From an uncultured Candidatus Binatia bacterium (GTDB lineage Bacteria > Desulfobacterota > Binatia > UBA9968 > JAJDTQ01): DNA of 64,000 nt. Both the position numbers and the translations under genes were made by a program. The stretch is taken from the NCBI GenBank assembly GCA_965242525.1, contig OZ251459.1, positions 1,609,214 to 1,673,213 of the forward strand, in the 5' to 3' direction. This document shows positions 25,601 to 39,948 of the stretch, piece by piece (the first letter of the stretch is position 1; every line of letters begins with the position of its first letter). The notes under the pieces were generated by a model. The model was not told the DNA's origin, searched no databases, and worked only from the letters and a program-made list of their open reading frames with translations.

Positions 25601-28600
25601 CGCGGCGCCGCCAGCAGCATGGCGTCCAGCAGGCGCTTCTCTTCGCTCACCGGAGGGTACAGAGCGGACAGGGCGTTGGCAAGGCGCAGGAAGTCGGGGC
25701 CGCGCTCGTGTTCCGCCTTCAGCAGGTTGCGCAGGGCCTGGCTGCGGCCCGACGCCTGCAAGAGCATGGCCGCGTGGACCCGGTCCAGCGTGGTGGCGTC
25801 CGGGGCCTGCATCTCCGCGTCGTCCGCGATGAGGACCTTCCCACCGCGGCTTCGGGTTCGCTTCTTCTTGGGGGCGGCCTCCATTTCGGGGAAAAGCACC
25901 TGCTGCACGGTGACCCTCGGGTCGCGCTCCAACCATTCCGCGGCCGTGTCTGCGCCGTCTTCGCCGAAAAGCTGTTTCCCTCGTTCCGTGGCGTTTATCA
26001 GCCGCACCACGCCCTTGTCCGTCTCGATGATCCGCCCCTCCCACTTGGACAGTTCGATGCCCAGAGGCTGGGCCAAGCGGCGCGCCACGTCGAAGACGAG
26101 ACTGTAACCCCTAGGCTTGTCGCGGGGCGCGTCGTCCGCCTCCTCGTGGTCATCGTCCTCCGCAACGTTGTCATCGTCTTCGGAGGCGTCGTCTGCGCCA
26201 GTGCTTTGCAGGGTCCAGAGGAACAGGGCGGTCAGGCGGGTGTCCTCTTCCAGCGCCCCGGCCATGCCGTTGCGCGCCTTCGCCTCCGCGGCCCCGAGGA
26301 CGTTTTCGAGGGCGGTGCGCCCGACCACTTCCCACACCCGTTCCAGGTACTCCGGCAGGCCCACCTCACGCCCCTCCGCGGTCTCCACCTGCCGGTAGCG
26401 GCTGTATATCTCCAGGGCCGGTCCGATGCAGGCAAAGACCAGGTCCGCGCCCCGGACCCCTTCGCCTTGCAACCGTTCCATCCATTCGCCCACGCGGATG
26501 GGCAGTTCGCGCAGCACGTCCGCCCAATCGCCCACCGGCGCGTCGTCGGGGCGGGGACGGCAGACCAGGTGGACGCTGGTGGCCAGGGACGCGGTGTCAC
26601 GCGCATTGAGACGAGAACCCATCTCCGTTGCCACCGGCCACGAGCCGGTGATGGTCCAGCCGCCGCTGATCATCCCGGACAGCAGCGCTTCCCAGCCCTC
26701 GGTGGTCTTGTGGGCGAAGACGACCGATCCGATACCGTCCTGGCGCAGGATGCGCCGCCCTTCGGCAAAAGCCCGAACCATTCCCGATTCGTAGGTCCTT
26801 GCCGTCTTGGTCGAACTGCTGAGCCGATGCGGTCGGTCAACGACGATCTCTTCTTCCTTCGGGGTCAGGTCATGTGAATCGATGGAGTGGCAAAGAGCCA
26901 TCATCTGCTCTGGCAAGGCGCGCTTGAGCCATACGAAGAAGAAATCGGACAAGTGTGCATAGGGGACAGCGTCGTAGTAGGGCGGGTCGGTGAACCAGAC
27001 ACTGGCGGCGGCGTCGGGCAAAGGATAAGCCTTGGCGTCTGCGGGTTGCACTTGGCCAAGGTTGGATTCGGGCCATGAGTCAATAACATTGGCAATCCAG
27101 TCCAGCGCTCCGTCATAACCACCGGTGGATTCCGAAAAGGGATTGCTCTCGCTGTAGTCCCAGACCAGGGGGAGAGCCTGTCGAGAATAGACACCCTCAT
27201 GCTTCTCGCCTGATGTATGCCATCGGCATAGCGAGCATCCTGCATTGGCGGTTCGTGTCAACGCCAGCGCCAGAGGTTGTTTCGCCATGTCGTCGATCGT
27301 TGGGAACCTCTGAACGATCGGGACAGGGGGCGTGAGCGCGTCCTTCGACTTCGCTTCGCTACGCTCAGGACGAACGGAGGACTCCACCTCGCTACGCTCA
27401 GGACGAACGGGAGGCTCCGCTTTGCTACGCTCAGGATAAACGGGGATGGGACGGTCAGGGTGCGGGAATCCATCCTGGATGTCTCGATTGTTCGGGAGTT
27501 TCGTTGATGATTTCGTCAATTCCACCAGCGCCGCCTTCTGCCGCGCGGTGAACAGATCGCCCCATGTCGTCATTCCGTAGATTGGCACGCTGATGCGTCG
27601 AATCTCGTTCAGCGAAATCGGCTCGTCCGGCACAGGACACAACCCTTGCCTCCCGCCCCGCTCCCATTCGTCGAGAATCCCCGCCAGCCGTGCCTGCGCT
27701 TCATACACCGCCGCGTAATCGGCGTCCGTCGGCATCCGATAGTGCCGGCCCGGCTCGTTCTCCTTCAGCGTCACCACCGCGGTCATGCACGCGCCGCCCA
27801 TGCGTCTGCCTGCTTCGTCGAAGATCACGTCCGCGCCGCCGCGCTGCTCGGCAAGTTGCGCCCGCACCCGCTCCGGCGGTAGTACGGCGCCGCAACACAG
27901 GCAGGTCGCCTTGGCCCGCGTCACCGTGCCCGCACGCACGTCCTTGTCGGTCTCCGGCTCGAAAATCTCCAACTCCACACGCGGCGGCTCCTTGGCCGGC
28001 TGCACGACCTTATGGAACCTCTGAACAATCGGGACAGGAGGCATGAGCGCGTCCTTCGTCTCCGCTTCGCTACGCTCAGGACGAACGGGGATAGGCGTGT
28101 CAGCGTGAGGGAATCCATCCCGGATCTCTCGATTGTTCAGATGTTTCTTGTACCGGAGCGCCTGACGGCCCCGGACCTTCTTCCGCTTGCCGCCCTCCCT
28201 CTTGAACACAGCTTTCTTCGCCAACCACAGCGACCGCAGCAGCGGGACTTCCGCCCCGCAGTTCGGGGCCTCGCAGCGCACCGTGCGCGCCCACAGGTAG
28301 GCGATGGGCGTGCTCCCGTCCAGGTCCACCGGATACAGATCGGCCAACTCCCGTTCCGCGGCCTGCCTGACCTCGCCGCCGACCTTGCGCAACTCATCGG
28401 CCAGCCCCGAACCGTGGCGCGGGATGTCTTCCAGCATCACCTTGAGGATCAGGCAGGCCACCGGGTTCAGGTCGCTGGCGAACGCCTCGCAGCCCACCCG
28501 CAGGGCTTCCAACGGAATCGAGCCGCCGCCCGCGAACGGGTCCACCACTAGGGGCGGCTCCGCGCCGTGGGCCGCCCTCACCAGCGCCCGGGCCGTTTCG

Positions 28601-29037
28601 AGCCGGACGCCGTTTGCGGCAAGGTTCCAGTTGGCGAAGTCGGCGATGAACTTGAGCAGGACCCGCCGCAAGCCATCGTCCGGCTCGATGGCCTCGATCC
28701 ACCCTCCCGGCCGTCCGTGCATCCCCAAGAGGATCTGCCGCGTCTCCTTCTTGAAGGCTTCCGGGCAATGCGGGTCACACGGGTCCGGCAGCAGCAGCGC
28801 CATCAGCATCGCCCGGGAGGAAGCCAGCGGCCGCCGCGCCCACCACAGGTGCAGCGTGGAAGGATGCCCGTGCCGGATGGACTTCTCCCGCGCCGCATGC
28901 CGCGAAACCTCGGCAATGGGGAAGTCCACCTCCGCCAGACGCCTGCACTCCCTGGGAATCACAAATCGAATCCTTGTGAGCCTCGGATCAATCCCGGCTT
29001 GAACTCCCTCTCCCTGTGGGAAAGCGCGTCCTTCCAC
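25597..29037 (-). CDS. DUF1156-domain adenine-specific DNA methyltransferase (defence-island type), carrying two in-frame MITE insertions
   Basis: N-terminal hallmark KSIRHGHPSTLHLWWARRP, with methylase motifs VVDPFAGGGSIP and WFTDPPYYDAVPYAHLSDFF. Residues encoded by the MITEs at 28013-28150 and 27298-27500 ([34 protein letters not shown]) keep the reading frame open. Confidence 0.7.
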   Translation of the reverse strand: MEGRAFPQGEGVQAGIDPRLTRIRFVIPRECRRLAEVDFPIAEVSRHAAREKSIRHGHPSTLHLWWARRPLASSRAMLMALLLPDPCDPHCPEAFKKETRQILLGMHGRPGGWIEAIEPDDGLRRVLLKFIADFANWNLAANGVRLETARALVRAAHGAEPPLVVDPFAGGGSIPLEALRVGCEAFASDLNPVACLILKVMLEDIPRHGSGLADELRKVGGEVRQAAERELADLYPVDLDGSTPIAYLWARTVRCEAPNCGAEVPLLRSLWLAKKAVFKREGGKRKKVRGRQALRYKKHLNNREIRDGFPHADTPIPVRPERSEAETKDALMPPVPIVQRFHKVVQPAKEPPRVELEIFEPETDKDVRAGTVTRAKATCLCCGAVLPPERVRAQLAEQRGGADVIFDEAGRRMGGACMTAVVTLKENEPGRHYRMPTDADYAAVYEAQARLAGILDEWERGGRQGLCPVPDEPISLNEIRRISVPIYGMTTWGDLFTARQKAALVELTKSSTKLPNNRDIQDGFPHPDRPIPVYPERSKAEPPVRPERSEVESSVRPERSEAKSKDALTPPVPIVQRFPTIDDMAKQPLALALTRTANAGCSLCRWHTSGEKHEGVYSRQALPLVWDYSESNPFSESTGGYDGALDWIANVIDSWPESNLGQVQPADAKAYPLPDAAASVWFTDPPYYDAVPYAHLSDFFFVWLKRALPEQMMALCHSIDSHDLTPKEEEIVVDRPHRLSSSTKTARTYESGMVRAFAEGRRILRQDGIGSVVFAHKTTEGWEALLSGMISGGWTITGSWPVATEMGSRLNARDTASLATSVHLVCRPRPDDAPVGDWADVLRELPIRVGEWMERLQGEGVRGADLVFACIGPALEIYSRYRQVETAEGREVGLPEYLERVWEVVGRTALENVLGAAEAKARNGMAGALEEDTRLTALFLWTLQSTGADDASEDDDNVAEDDDHEEADDAPRDKPRGYSLVFDVARRLAQPLGIELSKWEGRIIETDKGVVRLINATERGKQLFGEDGADTAAEWLERDPRVTVQQVLFPEMEAAPKKKRTRSRGGKVLIADDAEMQAPDATTLDRVHAAMLLQASGRSQALRNLLKAEHERGPDFLRLANALSALYPPVSEEKRLLDAMLLAAPR
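27298..27500. repeat. MITE family 1 copy with triplicated central GCTACGCTCAGGACGAACGG, inserted in-frame in the DUF1156 methylase gene
   Basis: The TIRs GGGAACCTCTGAACGATCG and CTCGATTGTTCGGGAGTTTC flank the element. Confidence 0.85.
28013..28150. repeat. MITE family 1 copy inserted in-frame in the DUF1156 methylase gene
   Basis: The TIRs GGAACCTCTGAACAATCGGGACA and CTCGATTGTTCAGATGTTTC flank the element. Confidence 0.85.
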
Positions 29038-29039
29038 TT

Positions 29040-29660
29040 CGCTTCGCTACGCTCAGGACGAACGGGGATAAGGGGTCGGGGTGAGGGAATCCATCCTGGA
29101 TGTCTCGGTTGTTCAGAGGTTCCATAAATCGGCTCTTCCGGCTTTCGTGTGGGTAAGGTAGAAGGGAAAGGGGAGCGAAAAGGATCACACGGTCATTGCT
29201 CCGCGGACGCCCACTCCCGTCATTCCCGCGCACACCCACTTCCGTCATTCCCGCGAAAGCATGTCCTCGCGGAAGCGGGGGCGGGAATCCATCCGGTTTC
29301 GTCGCTCTCGTTGTACAAACCTCTCCAGGTCGGATTACCCTTCTCGATCCACTCGATCTTCCTTGCCCTATTCCATTTCCTGACCGCCTTTCTCTCCGGG
29401 TAGCGTTTTCCGTGGGTTCAGGGACCTCGTATCCAACCAACCGGTGCACAGATGGATGGATTCCCGCTTTCGCGGGAATGACGGAGATGAGGCTTTCGCG
29501 GGAATGACGGCATGGGCTTTCACAGGAGGAACATCTGAACAATCGAGACATCCGGGATGGATTCCTTCACACTGACCCCTATATCCGTTCGTCCTGAGCG
29601 TAGCGAAGCGAAGTCGAAGGACGCGCTCATGCCTCCTGTCCCGATTTTTCAGAGGTTCCA
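29040..29660. repeat. MITE cluster (family 1 at ~29040-29140 and ~29530-29660; family 2 at ~29226-29520)
   Basis: Read directly. Confidence 0.85.
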
Positions 29661-29811
29661 GGAATGACAGACCGACCCCTTTCCCTCCTGCCTTTCCCAC
29701 TCGAAAGCCTGGGGATACCGCTCTGCGGGCGTGCAGACGGCCAACCACAGGAATCCCTGCTCGCTCACGCTGCCGGTCCCGCTCTGCGGGTGGGTGTGCG
29801 GCCGGTTCCGG

Positions 29812-31596
29812 TCAGCGCCGCTGGGTCACGGTGTCCACCAGGGCGGGGGTTCCCTGCTTGACCTGCTCGATGGCGCGGTCCAGGGCGGGCCTCAGGTGGT
29901 CGGCGTTCTCGATGGGGCCTTCGCCGTACCAGCCCATGGAGCGCGCGAGGGCGGCGAAGTCGGGGTCCGGGCCGCACAGGTCCATGCCGATGTGCGCCCG
30001 GGAGGGGTCCGTGCCGCGGTTCCGCGCCATGACGATCTGGTGGTTCCAGTCGTTGTAGTAGGCGCGGTTGTTGTACATGACCACGAGCATGGGGATGCGG
30101 TACTTGGCCGCCATCCACAGGGCGCCGGCGTCGAACATCAGGTCGCCGTCGGGTTGCAGGTCCACCACCAGCCTCCCCTGCCCCTTGTGGGCCAGGGCCA
30201 CCCCCAGGGACAGGCCGATCTGGGTGCCGGTGCCCAGCTCGCGCCCGCCGTGGCGGTAGGGCCGGTCGAAGTTCCACAACCGGCGGGCCCAGTCGTGCAG
30301 CGTGCCGGAGGTCAGCACCCAGTCCTCGTCCCGGATGGCGTCCCACACTTCCAGCGCCAGCCGCGGCACGGTCATGGGAACCGCGTCCCAGCGGTCTTCC
30401 TCGGCCTGCCGGCGCCATTGGGCGCGGACCTCGGCGTGGCGCCGGCCGGTCTCCTCCGTGCGCCGGGCGATCTTCTCGGCCAGGCCCGGAGTCCGGGCGA
30501 TGCGGGCCTTCAGCAGCCGGGTGAGCGCCGGGGCCGCGGTCACCGGGTCCGCGGTCATGCGCTGGTGCGCATAGAAGGGCCGGGCGTAGGTCATGGCCCA
30601 CTTGCTGATCTCCACGTCGGTGTAGCCGATGTCGATCCAGGCGGCGTCCTCGGGCACCATGCTCACCACCGTGCGCGTGGCGATGTCGCGCACGTGGGTG
30701 GGCTTCTCGAAGTCCGCCACGTCCAGCGTCAGCACCGCGTCCGCGTCCTTGTAGCAGCCCTCGCCGTCCATGCTCAGGTTCAGGGGGTGATCGCTCGGGA
30801 AGTTCAGGCGGGAGTCGCAGTCCCACACCCGGGCGCCCAGGGTCTCGGCCAGATCCACCACGTGGTCCCAGCCGTGGGGCGGACGCGCGGCGAAGTCCGC
30901 CACGATGACCGGGCGCTCCGCCCCGGCCAGGGTGTCCGCGGCCTGCTCCAGGGCTGCGGGGTCCGCCATCACCGGGGCCGGCACGCGCGCGGCCTCCTCC
31001 GGCGGCATGGCCACGTCCCGTTCGAGGGGAGCCTCCTGGAGGCCCGCGTCGTAGCACATGTAGATGGGTCCCTGCTTGCCGCTCATCATCACCGAATAGG
31101 CCCGGGCAAAGGCCCCGGGCACCCCGTCGATGGTGGTGGGCTGGGAGTCCCACTTGACGTAGTGGCGGATGGCCTCGCCCTGGACGCTGGCCGAATGGAT
31201 CCAGTCGATGAACGGGCGGCGCTTGGGCTCCTCCATGGGGCCGGTGGCGCCGATGATGAAGACCGGCGCCCGGTCCAGGTAGGCGTAGTAGATGCCCATG
31301 GGCGCGTGCAGCAGCCCCACCAGGTTGTGGACGATGGCGATCATGGGCTTGCCGGTGGCCCGGGCATAGCCGTGGGCCATCTGCACCGCGATCTTCTCGT
31401 GGTTGCACAGCATCATGGGCGGGTCGTCCTCGCCGTAGTTCACCAGCGAGTCGTGGAGGCCCCGGTAGCTGGCCCCGGGGTTGAGGGTGATGTGCTCGAA
31501 CCCATACCGCTTGATCATGTCCACGATGACGTCCGACTGCCACTTGCGGTCGGACTTTTTGATGTCGGGAACTTCCGTCCCTGCCGCCTTGCTCAT
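29812..31596 (-). CDS. Thiamine-pyrophosphate-dependent enzyme (acetolactate synthase / benzoylformate decarboxylase superfamily), copy 1
   Basis: Start MSKAAGTEVPDIKKSDRKWQSDVIVDMIKRYGFEHITLNPGASYRGLHD, a TPP-binding motif region GTGTQIGLSLGVALAHKGQGRLVVDLQPDGDLMF...NNRAYYN, and about 595 aa in length. Confidence 0.8.
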   Translation of the reverse strand: MSKAAGTEVPDIKKSDRKWQSDVIVDMIKRYGFEHITLNPGASYRGLHDSLVNYGEDDPPMMLCNHEKIAVQMAHGYARATGKPMIAIVHNLVGLLHAPMGIYYAYLDRAPVFIIGATGPMEEPKRRPFIDWIHSASVQGEAIRHYVKWDSQPTTIDGVPGAFARAYSVMMSGKQGPIYMCYDAGLQEAPLERDVAMPPEEAARVPAPVMADPAALEQAADTLAGAERPVIVADFAARPPHGWDHVVDLAETLGARVWDCDSRLNFPSDHPLNLSMDGEGCYKDADAVLTLDVADFEKPTHVRDIATRTVVSMVPEDAAWIDIGYTDVEISKWAMTYARPFYAHQRMTADPVTAAPALTRLLKARIARTPGLAEKIARRTEETGRRHAEVRAQWRRQAEEDRWDAVPMTVPRLALEVWDAIRDEDWVLTSGTLHDWARRLWNFDRPYRHGGRELGTGTQIGLSLGVALAHKGQGRLVVDLQPDGDLMFDAGALWMAAKYRIPMLVVMYNNRAYYNDWNHQIVMARNRGTDPSRAHIGMDLCGPDPDFAALARSMGWYGEGPIENADHLRPALDRAIEQVKQGTPALVDTVTQRR

Positions 31597-31649
31597 GTCT
31601 CGTTCCTCTCCCGGCGCCGCGGCCCGGGTCCCGGCCGCGCCAAGGGCCG

Positions 31650-33416
31650 TCAGGCGTTGATGTCCCGGCGCCAGACGATGGGGTCCACCAGCGCGGGCTT
31701 GCCGGCCTTGACCTGCTCGATGGCCCGGCGCAGCGCGGGTCCCACCTCCGCGGGGTCTTCGATGGGGCCTTCGGCGTACCAGCCCATGCCCCTGGCGATG
31801 TGCGCGAAGTCCGGCGGCGGCCCCTCCAGGTCCATGCCGATCCAGGCCCGGGACGGGTCGGTGCCGCGCTGGTGCGCCATGTGGATCTGGTGCGCCCAGT
31901 CGTTGTAGTAGGCCCGGTTGTTGTACATGACCACGAGCATGGGGATGTCGTACTTGACCGGCATCCACAGGGCCCCCAGGTCGAACATCAGGTCCCCGTC
32001 CGGCTGCAAGTCCACCACCAGCCTCCCCTGCCCCTTGTGGGCCAGAGCCACGCCGATGGACATGCCGATCTGGGTGCCGGTGCCGAGTTCCCGGCCCGGA
32101 TGGCGGTAGGGCCGGTCGAAGTTCCAGATCTTCTGCACCCAGTCCTTCAGGGTCCCCGCGGTCAGCACCCAGTCCTCGCCCTCGATCTCCCGCCACACAT
32201 CCCATGCCAGCCGGGACTCGGTCATGGGCCGCCGGTCCCTCTCCGCCTGCGCCTGCTCCTGCCACTTCTCCCACTGGCGGTCGTGCTTCTCCGCCAGGGC
32301 GCGCTTGCGCCCCTCGATGCGCTCCCGCAGCGCCGGGTCGGCTTCGACCAGCGCCCGGCACGCCCGGGTGAGCTCGGGAATGGTGATGGCGGTGTCCCCC
32401 AGGACCCGCAGGTCCCAGTTGTGGTGCTTGTTGTAGTCGGTGGCCCACTTGCTGATCTCCACGTCGGCGAAGCCCGCGTCCACCCACTTGCAGTCCGGCG
32501 CGGTCACCACCGTGATCTCCCGGGTCCGGGTGTTGAGCCGGTGGGAGCCCCGGGTCCAGTCCACCACGTCCAGGGCCATCACCAGGTCCACGCCATCGAA
32601 GGCGTCCGGGTGGAAGCTCATGCTGAGGGGGTGGCGGTTGGGGAAGCCCAGCCGCTTGCAGATGTCGAACACCGACGCTCCCACGGTCTCCGCCAGCTCC
32701 ACCGTGGGACCGAAACCCGTGGGCATGCGCCCGGCGTACTCGGTGAGCAGCAACGGGTTGTCCGCCTGCATCAGCATCTCGGCCGCCCGGGCCACCGCCG
32801 CGGGCTCCGGCGCCATGCGCGACGGCACCTTCACCGCGGAAGCCGGCGGGAGCGCCGCCTCCTCGGTGAGCGGACTCTCCTGCAACGCCGAGTCGTAGCA
32901 CAGGTAGATGGGTCCCTGGGGCTCGCTCATCATGATGGAGTAGGCCCGGGCGAAGGAGTCGGGCACGCCGTGGATGCTGCCGGGCTGGTAGTCCCACTTG
33001 GTGAAGTTGCGCACCGCGTCGCCCTGGGCGAAGGCCGTGTGGATCCAGTCGATGAAGGGGCGCCGGTACTTCTCGTCCATGGGGCCGGTGGCGCCGATGA
33101 CGAACACCGGACAGCGGTCGATGTAGGCGTAGTAGATGCCCATGGGCGCGTGCAGCAGCCCCACCACGTCGTGCACGATGGCGATCATGGGCTTGCCCGA
33201 CGCCTTGGCGTAGCCGTGGGCGATCTGCACCGCGATCTTCTCGTGGTTGCACAGGAGCATCTCCGGGTCGTTCTCGCCGTAGTTCACCAGCGAGTCGTGG
33301 AGGCCCCGGTAGCTGGCCCCCGGGTTCAGGGCCACGTAGGGGATGTCGTAGAGCCGGATGAGGTCCACGATCACGTCCGACTGCCAGCGCTGTTCCGATT
33401 TCCTGATTTCCGACAT
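31650..33416 (-). CDS. TPP-dependent enzyme, tandem paralog (copy 2, ~75% identical to copy 1)
   Basis: Sequence MSEIRKSEQRWQSDVIVDLIRLYDIPYVALNPGASYRGLHD...GTGTQIGMSIGVALAHKGQGRLVVDLQPDGDLMF. Confidence 0.8.
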   Translation of the reverse strand: MSEIRKSEQRWQSDVIVDLIRLYDIPYVALNPGASYRGLHDSLVNYGENDPEMLLCNHEKIAVQIAHGYAKASGKPMIAIVHDVVGLLHAPMGIYYAYIDRCPVFVIGATGPMDEKYRRPFIDWIHTAFAQGDAVRNFTKWDYQPGSIHGVPDSFARAYSIMMSEPQGPIYLCYDSALQESPLTEEAALPPASAVKVPSRMAPEPAAVARAAEMLMQADNPLLLTEYAGRMPTGFGPTVELAETVGASVFDICKRLGFPNRHPLSMSFHPDAFDGVDLVMALDVVDWTRGSHRLNTRTREITVVTAPDCKWVDAGFADVEISKWATDYNKHHNWDLRVLGDTAITIPELTRACRALVEADPALRERIEGRKRALAEKHDRQWEKWQEQAQAERDRRPMTESRLAWDVWREIEGEDWVLTAGTLKDWVQKIWNFDRPYRHPGRELGTGTQIGMSIGVALAHKGQGRLVVDLQPDGDLMFDLGALWMPVKYDIPMLVVMYNNRAYYNDWAHQIHMAHQRGTDPSRAWIGMDLEGPPPDFAHIARGMGWYAEGPIEDPAEVGPALRRAIEQVKAGKPALVDPIVWRRDINA

Positions 33417-33480
33417 GGGAGCCTTTCCTGGTTGGACGAAACGGGTCTCACACACATGGAACCGCGGACGCGGCGGGGCT

Positions 33481-34977
33481 TCAAGGCAGGTCAGTGCCGT
33501 GCATGAGGTAGCGGTCCACCTCCCGGGCCGCGCCCCGTCCTTCGTGGATGGCCCACACCACCAGGCTCTGGCCCCGGCGCGCGTCGCCCGCGGCGAACAC
33601 GTTCTCCACGTTGGTGACGTACTTGCCGTATTCGGCCCGGGCGTTGGAGCGGGCGTCCCGCTCGACCCCGAGTTGCGCCAGGACCTGGTCTTCCGGGCCG
33701 GAGAACCCCATGGCCAGCAGCACCAGGTCCGCGGGCCATTCCTTCTCCGTGCCTTCCACCGGGCTGAAGGGCGCGCGCTCTCCCGGCCGGTCCCAGTCCA
33801 GGTCGATGGTCCGGAGGGCCTTGACCCGGCCGTGTCCGTCGTCGATGAACTTCACGGTGTTGGTGCAGTAGCGCCTGGGGTCGTCGCCGAAGCGCGCCTT
33901 GCCCTCTTCCTGGCCGTAGTCCAGCTTGTAGACCACCGGCCACTGGGGCCACGGGTTGCCGGGGGCGCGCTCGGGCGGCGGCTTCGGGATCACGTCGAAC
34001 TGCCGGATGGTGCGGCACCCGTGGCGCAGGGCCGTGCCCACGCAGTCGGTGCCGGTGTCGCCGCCCCCCAGGACGATGGTGTGCCGGTCCCGGGCCGAGA
34101 TGAAGCCGCCGTCCCCATGGCCCGAGTCCAGCAGGCTCCGGGTGTTGGCGTGCAGGAACTCCATGGCGAAGTGGACGCCCCGGAGGTCCCGGCCCGGAGC
34201 GTTCCGCAGGAAGTCGTTGGGCTTGGTGGCGCCGGTGCAGACCACCACCGCGTCGAACTCCCGGGGCAACTCCTCCCCGGGCAGGTCCTTGCCCACTTCC
34301 ACCCCGGTCTCGAAGACGACCCCCTCGGCCTCCATCTGCTCCAGACGCCTCCCCACCACCTTCTCCTTGTCGAGCTTCATGTTGGGGATGCCGTACATGA
34401 GCAGCCCGCCGGGCCGGTCCGACCGTTCATAGACCGTGACCCGGTGTCCGGCGCGGTTGAGCTGGGCGGCGCAGGCCAGGCCCGCGGGGCCGGAGCCGAT
34501 GACCGCCACGCGCTTCCCGGTCCGCTCGGGGGGCGGTTCCGGGCGGATCCACCCCTCCTCGAAACCCCGATCGACGATGGCGCATTCGATGGTCTTGATG
34601 GTCACCGGACTGCCGTTGATGCCCAGGACGCAAGAACCCTCGCAGGGCGCCGGACAGACGCGGCCGGTGAACTCGGGGAAGTTGTTGGTCCGGTGCAACT
34701 GGACCAGGGCCTCTTTCCAGTGGTCCCGGTAAACCAGGTCGTTCCAGTCCGGTATGAGGTTGTTCAGCGGACAGCCCGAGGCGCCCGGGCCTTTGCCCAT
34801 GGGCGCGCCGGTATGGCAGAAGGGGATGCCGCAGTCCATGCAGCGGGCGCCCTGCTCCCGCAGAGCTTCCGCGGGCATGGGGAGCACGAACTCGTTCCAG
34901 TCCTCCAGCCGTTCGAGCGGGTCCCGGTACGCGGTCTTGCCCCGCTCGTATTCCATGAATCCCGTGATCTTGCCCAT
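33481..34977 (-). CDS. gltD: Glutamate synthase (NADPH) small subunit
   Basis: Fe-S motifs CMDCGIPFC and CPAPCEGSC with Rossmann motifs [11 protein letters not shown] and IVLGGGDTG. The gene lies directly downstream of gltB. Confidence 0.9.
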   Translation of the reverse strand: MGKITGFMEYERGKTAYRDPLERLEDWNEFVLPMPAEALREQGARCMDCGIPFCHTGAPMGKGPGASGCPLNNLIPDWNDLVYRDHWKEALVQLHRTNNFPEFTGRVCPAPCEGSCVLGINGSPVTIKTIECAIVDRGFEEGWIRPEPPPERTGKRVAVIGSGPAGLACAAQLNRAGHRVTVYERSDRPGGLLMYGIPNMKLDKEKVVGRRLEQMEAEGVVFETGVEVGKDLPGEELPREFDAVVVCTGATKPNDFLRNAPGRDLRGVHFAMEFLHANTRSLLDSGHGDGGFISARDRHTIVLGGGDTGTDCVGTALRHGCRTIRQFDVIPKPPPERAPGNPWPQWPVVYKLDYGQEEGKARFGDDPRRYCTNTVKFIDDGHGRVKALRTIDLDWDRPGERAPFSPVEGTEKEWPADLVLLAMGFSGPEDQVLAQLGVERDARSNARAEYGKYVTNVENVFAAGDARRGQSLVVWAIHEGRGAAREVDRYLMHGTDLP

Positions 34978-35027
34978 ATGCCCGGAGCCGTCCCCTCCTT
35001 CGGTCCTCGGTCAACCCGTCCGCGGGC

Positions 35028-39599
<4,572 letters not shown>

Positions 39600-39948
39600 G
39601 GAGAGAACCCTCTGTACAGGAATACCCGCACGGCCTTCCGGGCGCCCGAAACAAGTCGGATACCACAAAGAGGACCGAGTTTCAGTAGCTGACGCGCTCT
39701 TGTCAAGGAAACGCTGCGCGGTCGTCGTCCCGACCGCCGCGCGGATCTCCCGAACGCTCTGAGGCGGGCTCGGCTCGTTCCGCCGACTTCGGCCCACGAG
39801 TCTAGCAACCTATGGACGCTTCCGCTACGCCCGCCGGGACCCCCGGGCCGCGGGGGCGTTCCCGGACCGCGGTTGCGGGGGCCGAGGGTCCGGGGGGTCC
39901 GGGCGCACCCGGTTCCGAAACCGCCGCGGGTTCGGTATAGAAAGGGGC

